A DNA stretch of 64,000 nucleotides, taken from NCBI GenBank assembly GCA_012295275.1, contig CM022679.1, positions 18,042,001 through 18,106,000 of the forward strand, in the 5' to 3' direction. A program made the translations under genes and the position numbers. This DNA is from Chrysomallon squamiferum. Taxonomy: Eukaryota > Animalia > Mollusca. Position 1 is the first letter of the stretch, and each line of letters starts with the position of its first letter. This document shows, piece by piece, positions 13,701 to 25,600 of this stretch. Below the pieces are notes generated by a model, which did not search any database, was not told the origin of the DNA, and worked only from the letters and a program-made list of their open reading frames with translations.

Positions 13701-16700
13701 TATAATTATAATCAAAAAAGAAAGATATCTAATATGAAATAGTATTTAATGTTTTCACAAACACTTAAAATTACAATCATAATCATATAAATTTTAAAAG
13801 AAAAGTGGAAGTTCCTGAAATCTTCCTAGGTATTATTAAAATAATTTGTATTTTTTCTTTATTTCTGTTTCTGACATTTTTCATGATAAATGTAATACAC
13901 ATTTAACAATTAAACTAAGACTTGTATATTTGGCAGTTAAATTTAATAGATAAAGTTAGTATATATATATTATTTTTGAGAACAGTCAACAAAATTAACA
14001 GTTTCCATTTATAACTGCTTGAAATAAATTGATAGTATTTTATTTTATGTTTTATTTTATTTTTTACTTGGGGGAGATCGAGTTGAGAATAAGACAATAA
14101 TTGAAATCAGCATGCAGGGAAAATCTACATATAATTAGACAATTTTCATTTTGTTCATATGTATTTTTTGTAACATAAAGCCAGATATATATTTATTTGT
14201 TATTAGAATAGAAATTATTTAAAGAGCAACAATCATAGAAAATATATTTGACTACTGCAATATGCAAACACAAGTTGATTATCTAGTATGTTAAATACCC
14301 TGTGTAATGCAAGCCAAAGATTTTCACTGAGGTATGTCAGAAAACTAACGTATTTATAAATCAAGCATATCATTATGAACACTATTTTCTTCCAACAAAA
14401 ATAAATAAATATATATATATAAATAAAAATATAAAAATAAATAAATAAAATGTTGCATTGACTGTTACTCTTTAAATTGTTATTTTTGTTTGTTTTGTTT
14501 TATTTTATTTATTTGTTGTTGTTAAACTTGTAAAAGTCATTTTTATTATGGAAATTGTACTGATTTGACATTGTTGAATCATCTAGTGAGAATATAAAAT
14601 CATTTGTTTTTCTTATCTGTGACTGGTTTTCCTTTCTTCCTATTTTCTTCATCACTAGCTGAATCCTTATTGTGTCAGATGTTATTTATGATAAAGATAG
14701 ATGACATAAATTTCTTTTGCATTCATGCAGTTGTTTTGTAAGTTTGTCCTCTGTGCCAGTTTTATAATAATAAATTACAGTAGTAATAAAATCAGCTTGG
14801 AATGTTCAAAGAGGCTGTCATCTTCAGTTGTTTGTTTTTTTTCCCCCGATTTGTTTTATTATTTATTTATTGATTTTTATAACTTGGTATGCTTGTTGAC
14901 TGGGATCCCACAGTCCCAAATCTGAAATTTTAGCCCAATCGGACCAGTGGTGTGGGAGATGAGGCCCACCGAATTTTGAAATTTTTGGCAAAAATGGGCG
15001 TGACCACCAACCTTTGAACCCTCATATCTCAGGAACTACTGGGCCAATCTTCATAAAATTGGTATTGTTGAAAAGGCAAGGATTCCAAATCTGCCATTTT
15101 TGTTCAGTTTGGAAAATAATGGGGTACATTTACCTTTTGACCTTTGCTATGACCTTGAAATTGACCATGTGGATCACGTGACCTTGAGATAACCTTTATT
15201 GAAATTTAATCTCCCACATGTTAACTAAAACATATAAAAGATTCCTGGGTGTAATATTTTTTGTTTAGCCACAATATAGATTTAAAAAATGCACATACAT
15301 GAAAATAACACCTTTTCAGCCATTAACATCTGATTAACTAAAACCTGAATGATCAATTCTGGATGCTAGGAATCACCATCTCTCTTGATCATCGAGTAAG
15401 ACATTGTAGGCCTACATGTATGCATAGAGTTACATAAATTTGAGAGAACTAGGTGTTTCTGATGCTTAACCTTCTCACCATCTGTTTCAAATGCTCACTG
15501 TATCCTTCATTCTTGGACATATTCTACTGTTCTCATCACTTACATAAAATTGGATTATTTCCTCCTTCAATTCATTTGACAGAACTTTCCCTTGTTTCTT
15601 ATCAATTGCTTATTAATTTTCTTGTTTTTAAATCCCTGTTAATCATTATTGTCTAAATCAAACTAAGCCATTGCTTAATTAAATGGATCAGAAATATTGA
15701 AATCTGTTTTTCTTAGATCTTTAAGCTTTAGCAGGAATTATTCTTTCATTATATTTGCTTTTCTTATTACTGTTTGTTTTTAAAAGACATACTCAGTTTT
15801 TATAAGTGATATTTTTTTTTCTTCCAGGATTATTCCTACTCTTGTTAATGTACAGTATTTTATTATTGTTTGTTATTACTGTTTATTTTTATTTCATTCA
15901 AATTGCAACATAATTTTTTAAGGGTTTATAAGAGAATTACTCTGTTGATCTTGGTTAATTGATAGATAATTGTTATTTATTGTTAGAAAGTTGTAGAAAT
16001 ATCTGAGAGAGGGAAGTTGGAGAGTTAAATCTATAGGATAGGTGTGTAATTTTAGCAATAATAATAATACTACTAATAATAATAATAACAGTAATTAACA
16101 ACAACAACAAAACAACAACACTAATAATAACAGCAATAACAATAGCAATAATTATAAAATAAAAAAAAAAAATAAAAAATTTGAAAGATGTACTCATTTA
16201 CATAGTCAGATGCATATAGAAAGAGAAAGAGCAATCGAACAACAGAGATAGTTCATTTATAAAATAAATGTCAGCTTCATCTTCTGAATGATGCTGTACA
16301 AGTTCAGGAACATGTTGGAGGAAAGAGAAATTCAAGAAGTCTGAATCCTACCCAGAGCGTGTGCAAATCTTGACTTTGTGAACCTTCACCATTGAAAGGA
16401 CAATGAATGAATTTAAAACAACGAATTACCTTATGAAAAAAAGCTGTGTGGTGAAGAAAGAGAAAGTGATTCTATCCCTCTGTGATAAGAAACAAGGGAA
16501 AGTTCTGTCAAATGAATTGAAGGAGGAAAGAATCCAATTTTATGTAAGTGATGAGAACAGTAGAATATCTCCAGGAATGAAGGATACAGTGAGCAATTGA
16601 AACAGTGTCTTCCCATTTGGTAGAATTCCCAGTTCGTATAATTCCCATTTCGTAGAAAAAGCTGGTCTACCGCAATACCTGATTACCTCTGTATATAATG

Positions 16701-19700
16701 AACTTGGCCTGTACATACATCTGGTTTCTTTCTAACATTCAGATGCGGAGCACATTGTTCCTAAATCGATTATGTAACATCAACCAAAAGCAGAATAAGC
16801 ATTCACTGCTCATTTGTTACTTTTTCATTATTATCATCATCATCTTCCTCTTCCTCATTATCATCATCATAATTATCATCATCAACATTATTATTATTAT
16901 AATATTATTACTATTATTATTGTTGTTATTATTATTATTATTATTGTTATTATTATTATTCATATTCTTCTTATTCTTATTCTTATTCTTATTATTGTAA
17001 TTACTGTTACTATTATTATTATTATTATTATTTTTTTTTAAACTGGTCATTTCTAATTCATAAACATTTCCTTTCCATTACAAAACAAGCAACCAGTAAT
17101 AAACAATTTTACATCAATTTCATCTATCTATTAAAAAACAAAACGAAAAAAGAATGAAAGAAAAGAAAAATGGCATGCTTCTGTAAGAGAATACGACAAA
17201 AATATTATAAATAACTAATTCAGCAATATAATTTTTAACAAAACATATTTTACATACGAGTAATTTACTTATATTCAGTAAATAGAATATTTGAACGTTA
17301 CATTATCATTAACTTTTTGAATTCAACCATATTCAGCTTAAACATGTACAAGATATCTGTTACTAATCATATTTATGTTATGCACACATACATATTCAGA
17401 TTGTGCACATATTACACAATATATGTGACATAGTATATTAATAGTATGTACACTAAAGATATTATGACCTGCAAATACTTTGGCTATGACTGAAAAAGTT
17501 TATAGGAAGGACCAAATCATTGGGAATACTTTTAGATAAATACCTTCTATTTTAATTATTTACATTCACTATATTCGATACATAGATTATTTTGATAGTT
17601 GTCATATTTGCATACTTTATGCGATAAGCGATATCCATACTACAATAATACCTCAGATTAAAGATGTAATTGGTTCCAAATTTCCGATAGTGAAGTGACG
17701 TATCGTTAAGCGGGAGACTAATTTACACAGAATTAAGGTTAAAAGCAGTGGTTACTTTCTCACTGATGAGATCTGACATAAAAAAAAAAAGGTGAAATAA
17801 GGAGAAATAAAATGGCAGTTTAGACATAAATGATTTAATAGATTGTAGATATTAAATAAACAGTAAATCATTTACAAATCAATTTATACAAATACATTAA
17901 GAAATAAGTATATGCCGCTCATTGTGGGTTTGGTTTCATTTAAGATAATGTATTTTGTTTCTAAAGTTATTGTCTTCTGTTGCTTTTTATCATCAGCATT
18001 TGCCGGTATCGTGTTATTCGTTTTGACATATTGGAAGGGTAAATTACAAACGAGTTTAAGTCTAAATCGAAGCAGAAGACAAAAGAGAATCAGAATATCA
18101 GATGCACGTATGACGTGTCAACTGATCAACACAGCTGACAGAAGCTCGTGAATGAACGAAAAATTAAAGAAAACAGACTTAAAAACATGTATACATTTGT
18201 ATCATTTATTTCGAGCAATTAACTATTAAATTAAATTTCTATTTATATAATTTGTAAAGAAGAAAGATTGTTAAAGCGTGATATCGTTAAGCGAGATATT
18301 ACTGTATTTATACAATAATAATCGCTTTCCAAATAATCTGGAGCAGTTCATTATAATGACTGAGGTAAAACCAAGCATGTCAATAAGACCACTGAACCAC
18401 ATTTAGCCTTTCTACGAAATGGGATTCTACCATATGGGACTAAGCCATTGAACCAGATGGTGAGATTTGGAATCCTTGTCATATTGCCTTTTCAACAATA
18501 CCAATTTTATGAAGATTGGCCCAGTAGTTCCTGATATATGAGGGTTCAAAGGTTGGTGGTCACGCCCATTTTTGCCAAAAATCCAAAAATTTGGTGGGCC
18601 TTATCTCCCACACCACTGGTCCAATTGGGCTAAAATTTCAGATTTGGTGCTGTGGGATCCCAGTCAACAAGTATACCAAGTTTTATAAAAATCTGAGACG
18701 GTAGGGTTTAAATTTCTTTTTTGTGGGGGGGGATTTGACATGGAATGACCCTTTATTATTATTTTTTTGTTTATTTTAATTTTTTTAATTTATTATTATT
18801 GTATTTTTTTTTCTTTTTGGTTTTTTTTTTGTTTTTGTTTGTCAGGAAGCTTTGTATTTTTGTTTGATGTAATTTTCAGACAGCAAGACATCATCTCCAG
18901 CTATATCATTGTTGTACTTTAGTAATAGTAAAGAGTAGTTTTGATATAAACGAATGTATTTAGGTGCTTTGTATATTTTAATTTTATTCTTGGAATAACA
19001 ATTTATTACAAATAAACAAAACTTGCAACAATTCCACTTTTTGAAGGTATTAGAAATTATAATGCAACAAGTTACAAAGTGAAAAAGCCTTTATTACACT
19101 TATGTTTGTAGTCAGATTAGAATATCCTGGGCATATATAATCTATATGGGCAATTCCACAGGGTCAGATATTACATTCAGAGGTCAATCCACTGCTTTGA
19201 TTGCTAGAGGCATATCCTCAAAAACGTGGCCCTGAGTATGAGATGAAAGAGCCCAGGGCTATCTGGCTTGATAGGTAATCAGAAATATGTGTGTGAAGGT
19301 TGTTACTACAAAAGAACATGGGTGAAAACCAACTAACTTCATTTCACAATTGTCTGAAATCTCTAAACTGTATAAATAAATGTTTGCTATTGGAATGAAG
19401 TGAAAGGCTATAGGAGACTACCAGTTTTAATTCAACTTGAAATCAATATATAACAAAAATATTATTATTTAATTGTGCATGAAGTACATTATCGTGACAG
19501 ATGTTACATAATATGAAGTTCGCTGTCATTGCCTTATTTACTGCTGTGATGATAAAATCATTTTATTGCATGATTAAGATGATGACATGGCTTTATATCA
19601 AAGCATGTTTAATCACTATGAACTTTCATTATACTGTATCATTCATTCTACAGTCTTCATTTGAATGGATTCAGGCAACATCCTTTCTGTTTCTTTGCTC

Positions 19701-22633
19701 TTCTGTCTACATGTGCTAATTGTCTTTCATTAATTGTCATTTCAACATAAAATCTGTGATTACTTTATAACACTCTTTTTCTTTAAAAAATAATTTTTCA
19801 GAACAGCATTAAAAATTGAATAAATGCCTTTATTTGTTTGGAAGATGTTCCTTATTTTCTGTAAGTTGGAAGTTTGGACCTTAAGTTTGGACCCTTTGCA
19901 TAATGAAACATCAAAATAATTTATACCCCTTTTGTTCCTTGAGCCATGGAATTGCCCATATAGGTTTGTTTTTCAAATACACTTAATTTAAATGTATATT
20001 CTTCACCAATTTTTAGGGAAATGTGGGTGTTTTTGACATGTTCATGTGTCTGTGTTTTTTTTTTTTTTTTTTTTTTTTTTTTCATATCTGGGGGAATGTA
20101 GAATTCATAGCAATGAAACAGAATGTACTAGTAAAATAATTTTTGAAGTTTTATTGTGACTCATTCAGGTAAGGACTGATGGGTATTGAAATGCTTCATT
20201 CTAAATCAGTTTGCTGGTTATATTTCATTAAATATCACTCTACTTCATGGGAAATTTATTTTTCATACTTTAAAGCAGGAATTCTATATACCATTCAATA
20301 ATCAGTCTTCTTTATCTGTCATTTTCTTTAATAATTATAAATGTAACAGAGATATAGAAATTTCTAAATAGTAAAAAAATAGATAATTTACATTATGTTT
20401 GTATGTGTTTATGTATTTTTGAGAGAGAGAGAGAGAGAGAGTTTAAAGTAAGTTGAGTTGTATTTTACATCATAATAATTATTGACAGAATGTGAAATAA
20501 AAAATATATTTTTGACTGAAAGAAAATCCTGCTTGGTGCTGATGTAGATTTATAAAAAGCTGTTCTCTCTTTTTTTTTTTTTTTTCCTTTTATTTTACCC
20601 CTTTTTCTTCTGTTTTATATTGTTTTGGTAATTTGGTTCTCTATAACATTACATGTTTTCATACTCTCCTTTCCTTTCTTGTGTCCTTCAGGCAAACCAG
20701 AGCTTGAAAGTGAGTATAGTATTATTTGAGTTACCCACCTTTCAATGTTTAGACTACCAAAAACATACAGAATAGTTTTCAAATCACTTATCCAACATTT
20801 AGATTAATGAAAGAAAAATAAACCAAAACCCCCCCAAAACCCCAATGTTTTTTCATAGTTATTACACATTTGACAGTATTGCTAGTTCTTTTCTTTTTTC
20901 TTCTTCTTGTTTATGCTGTATTTCTTTTCTGGGTTGATTTGCATGCTATAAAACGATTTTGTTTTAATGTTTTTGAACCTTTTATTTTGTAGAACAGTAT
21001 TACCCTAATAATATTCTTATTCATTTTTAATTTTATGATTTTATTATAATTATTTTTCATTAAAATTAACTTGTATTTATGTTATATATACAGTGGCATA
21101 TTTTTTATGTTTTTTTTTGTTGTTGTTGTTTTGTTTTTTTGTTTTTGACTTTAATGGAGATCAAGTCTGGTTAGTTTTCATAGGTTCAGGTTGATTCTTT
21201 TCTTTTCTCTCCATTATAGTTTCTCATATGGCTGCAAACAAAGCTTGGAATTAATTTTGATTTATCCATTTAACACATATAATTGTGATCATCGAGTCTT
21301 CAGCAGATAATATGATATATATAATAATTTTATAATCTACACTATAAGTTTAGTTAAATTTTAGTGGTTTCATGCTAACAAAAACAGTATGAAATGCTAA
21401 AATGTGAATTATTAAGAAAGTATGTATGTAAGATTGAAAAGATTTTCATTCTTTGTGCATTTTGAATGATACTTATCATCACAAAAATCATCTTTGCCTC
21501 GTCTTAATTTTAGTAATCATGAAAAATAGTAAGGACGTTTATAAATTAATTGATAATTTTATAAATTCTAAAACATTTGTATTAAATATTTTAACTGTAT
21601 ATTACAACAGATTACAGATATTGGTTTTTTAAATGTAAAAAAAAGGCCATCAGAATAAATTACTCACCCATGCACTTACCATGTAATTTAGTATAAAACT
21701 GAAATAATCATATACTATTTTTCAACTGTGAAAAAATGGATCTTAGTTTCATAAGAAAATTATTTTTGAATTAAATTCTGTATACAACAGCCTTTTCCCG
21801 GACATCAACTGTTACTCAGCGGACAATACAGAGGCAAGAAACATTTGGAAAACATGAGCTGAGTAAGCTGTTTTAATAGCTTTTTATTGTATTGTATTCC
21901 ACCTTGTTGGCAGCCCTCTTCCAGAATAGTACTGTCCTGTATATGTTTTGTGTTGGTATACTGTAGAAATCTCTATGTTGTTGTTCACTGGTGATTTTAA
22001 TTATATAAGTCACTTTAAAGAACACATGTAACTCCTGTCAAAAGTTCCTAGTATAATAAAATGTAAAAAAAATTGTAGTTGATAACTGAATTATTTCCAT
22101 ACTTGTATGTATGTAAACAAAATTAAAGTGGATAGATTTGTTTTTCTGTATTTCACCAATATGTAATGATACATCTGATTTTTCTTACTAACAAACCTAT
22201 AAATAAATTTATTTATAAATGCAGTGTAGAATCAGTAGGGTTATTTATTTATTTATTTATTTTATAGTTTAAGATTTAAAATGTATTCATGATGAATGTA
22301 TAATTGTTTTCTTTTTCAAAATACAGGACATACTGGCTATGATTAAATGAAAAGCAGTCTTTTACTAAAAAAATTATTAAGATTTTCTGGGTTGTTTTTT
22401 TTTACTCAGCAAAACTAGTTACAATGTAAATACATATAGTAACAGATAAATCTTGGCTTTTAAGAATATTTTATTTATTTAATAGTATTGCCAATTTTTA
22501 TATTGTTTTAACTTTATTTTGTTTGTTTTTGCTCTATGGCATGGTGAGATTGGAAATATTTATTATTACTAATAGTGAATATTTATTAATTTAGATTTGA
22601 AATGCAGGAATTTTCTATTTTTAATTTTTAATA

Positions 22634-22669
<36 letters not shown>

Positions 22670-25600
22670 ACTTTTCCTTAATATTTATAGTTCAGAACCA
22701 AATTTCTTCCATTTTTTTCATTTATTATTATTTTAAAATGTATTTTCTTCAAGAACCTAATGACTGCAAGGTTTTATAACAAACTGTTTTAATTCCTTTG
22801 TGCTGTTTTTATTCTTTTTCTTTTTTTTGTGTGTTTTTTAATCTATAAAATGCATAAAGATTTTAAATTGATTCAGATAAAACAAATAGTTGGTATATTT
22901 TAGAGATTGTGAGTGTTGTGTCATAATGAATTTTTTAAAATTATTTAATTACTTAATGAACATAAATATTATTTTCATATTTATATATAAGATATGTTCA
23001 TTTATCCATACAGTAGAGTTTTTTGTTTTATTTGTATCCTCTGGACTTTGAAGTTTTTATCCAAATAACAAATAAAAGTATTTATATTTCACGCCTTAAC
23101 TGTAACTTCAGTAGTAAATGGCCATTAAGAGGTGCCATGAAAGAAAATCCTTAAAACTTTAAGTTATAAAGAATATATTTATGATACAAGTATGTGTATT
23201 TGGTATGACATTTAAATTTTGTTGTAGCCATTTTACAAATCATTCTCTTAATATTTTTCATAATGTTACATGTAGATTTTATAAATGAACACAGAAAAGT
23301 GTATAGATATTTTCACATGAGGTTTTCCTGCTTCCTGCCATTATTTAGTTTCTTAAGTTCAGTAGCCGTAAAGATGAAAATAAACTTAATCAGGAAAATC
23401 AAACAACTGTGGCTGTTAATATGTCTATTGTCCAGAGAATGTTCTTCATAATGTAATACCTAGATTTAAAAATGAACACAGAAAAGTGTATAGATATTTT
23501 CGTATGAGGCGTTCCTGCTTCCTGCCAGTATTTTGTTTCTTAAGTTCAGTAGCCATAAAGATGAAAATAAACTTCATCTGGAAAATCAAACAACTGTGGC
23601 TGTAAAACCATTTTTTTTTTTTTGATGGCTTTTCTTGTGAGTACATTGCTACATAAAAGAATAATATTTAAAAAATAAAAACAACATTATAAGATAAGTA
23701 TTCTGTCTTGAGAGTTTATTAGACTTAATAATATCTACTCAAGAATCCATGGATTTTTAAGACTTTAAACAGATTTTGTAACTGAAAATTCTTCTTCAGT
23801 TATGTCCCTGCAGAATCTGTACCAAACAAAATGGACAATATAAATAAAACAAACTATAAATAGTAGAACAAATATTTTTAATTCTCTGATAGAGCAGATT
23901 TGAATTTTATTTGAGCTTGTTTTATGATAACACTCCAATTACAAAACAAAAATATTTTCAAAAAGTTTGTTTTTATCATTATTAAAATGTAAATTTTAAT
24001 ATAGTTTCTTTGATTGTGATTATATTGCAATGTTTATTTGATAAACTAAACCAATCAGTAATAGGTGAAAATAAACAATTATTTAGGAAAACATGTTTAA
24101 TATTTAAATTTGTTTTTTTAAATTTATTATTTATTTAATTATTTGTTTTATTTGTATGGGATGTTTTTTATATGAAAAATACTTCTCACATTTGAAATTC
24201 TAAAACATTTAGCAGGAAAAAAAAAGAAAACAAATTTGTAACTAAATTTTACTAATGAGTACATTATCAGTTTTAAGAGTGGTTTTTGACCACTCTGCAC
24301 TTTACCTAAATCATTACTAAAAATTCTTTACATTATGATTATAAATATTTATTATTATATTTTTAACCTGTAGTAAATCAAATATATTTAAATTTTTTTA
24401 AATTTTTGTTTTATATATAATTGTTAATGATTTAAATTTCTTAGTGGCTTAGAACTGACTGCTAGGTGAAATTTTTTCTTTTTATTTGATTCATATAATT
24501 AAACAACCTAAGAAAATAATTTCCTTACATTTATTTTAGCTGATCACTTACCAATATAGCCTCTTCTAACTGCATTATACAGGCTGATATTTAAAATACA
24601 CAAAATAATGATTAGAGTATTTGAAAATTGAAAACAATCTTGCTTCCATAATTTTTAGAAAGTAATCTGGCTTCTGATATTTCAGTGCTTGAAAATAAAT
24701 AAATATTCTGTTATTTTCTTTTGTCCTAGAAATGTCTCATATCAGTTCATCCCACCCAAAAAGAAAAGGAAAAAAATAGAATTAAATATCAGATTAAAAT
24801 ATTAAGTCCTTGGAGCATCTTTAGCTAATAAGTCGGTAATCAAAACCATGTTACAAAAAATTCCTCTTAATAACTTCAGGACAATCACCACTTCTCTGCA
24901 TTTCTGTTGTTTTTTTGAGCCTGAAACTAAATAACAATGACTTCAGTTGTTAATTAAAAAATTATTGTTTCAGCCCGAAAACAAGAAATCATCAAACTTA
25001 CAGAACAACTTCTGCAGGCTGTCACCAGTGGTGATTATGAAGCCTATACGTAAGCATTCGAAACAGCTAGAGACTTTTTTCTTTCTTTTTTTTTTCAATA
25101 AATTTGCAACAGCAAATATGATTTGAACTTCACTGCAGTTACAGTAGCAGTATATTTTAAAACAGTCAGACTACATTTTAATCTTTGTGTCATCATTTCA
25201 AAGTTAAATATAAAGTTTGCATGTCAATACAGACAGATTAAAACTGTCAAAAAGAGTTTGTTAGCCATTTATTTAATTATTCATCTACATTGCTGCATAA
25301 ACAGCAACAAGATGTTAACATTTCAAAATAAACTGACAAATAAATAGGACCAGTGCTGATTATAACATTAGTATTTTATTTATTAATTAAGATATTGTTC
25401 TTTTGTCAACAGGAAACTAATAGATCCTCACCTAACAAGTTTTGAACCTGAAGCTTTGGGAAATCTCATTTTAGGCATGGACTTCCATAAATTTTATTTT
25501 GACCATGGTAAGACTTTGTTACAAACAATATTTTCAGTTTCAGTGTTACATACACTGGCATATGCAGTTTACAATCTGTAATCTATTCAAATTAAATAAT

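Larger units (their letters stand above)
16605..18446. mobile_element. Non-autonomous MULE-like element inserted in the Sola-like transposase remnant
   Basis: 9-bp target duplication ATTGAAACA (16596-16604) / ATTGAACCA (18447-18455); both ends built from inverted TCCCATTTxGTAGAA subrepeats. Confidence 0.7.
14872..18751. mobile_element. Defective long-TIR DNA transposon, Sola2-like, with internal inversion and nested insertions
   Basis: About 220-bp inverted repeats at 14872-15095 and 18463-18693; right terminus ...TGGAATGACCC; transposase remnant [11 protein letters not shown]...[20 protein letters not shown] (16403-16600 +) continues as [16 protein letters not shown] in an inverted copy (15440-15604 -). 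Superfamily assigned from recall. Confidence 0.75.

Noticed and set aside
14659-14737. Strong acceptor(s) with a downstream GTAAGT
   Set aside because: Resulting exons of 79 or 7 nt break the frame and look non-coding.
16698-17050. Three overlapping ORFs of 75-100 aa (poly-I/L, poly-H, poly-N)
   Set aside because: Translations of a trinucleotide microsatellite inside a transposon.
18880-18927. Possible CaMKII cassette exon [14 protein letters not shown] after ttttcag
   Set aside because: Good acceptor and open frame, but only poor donors (tta|gtaata, ata|gtaaaa); not supportable without reads.
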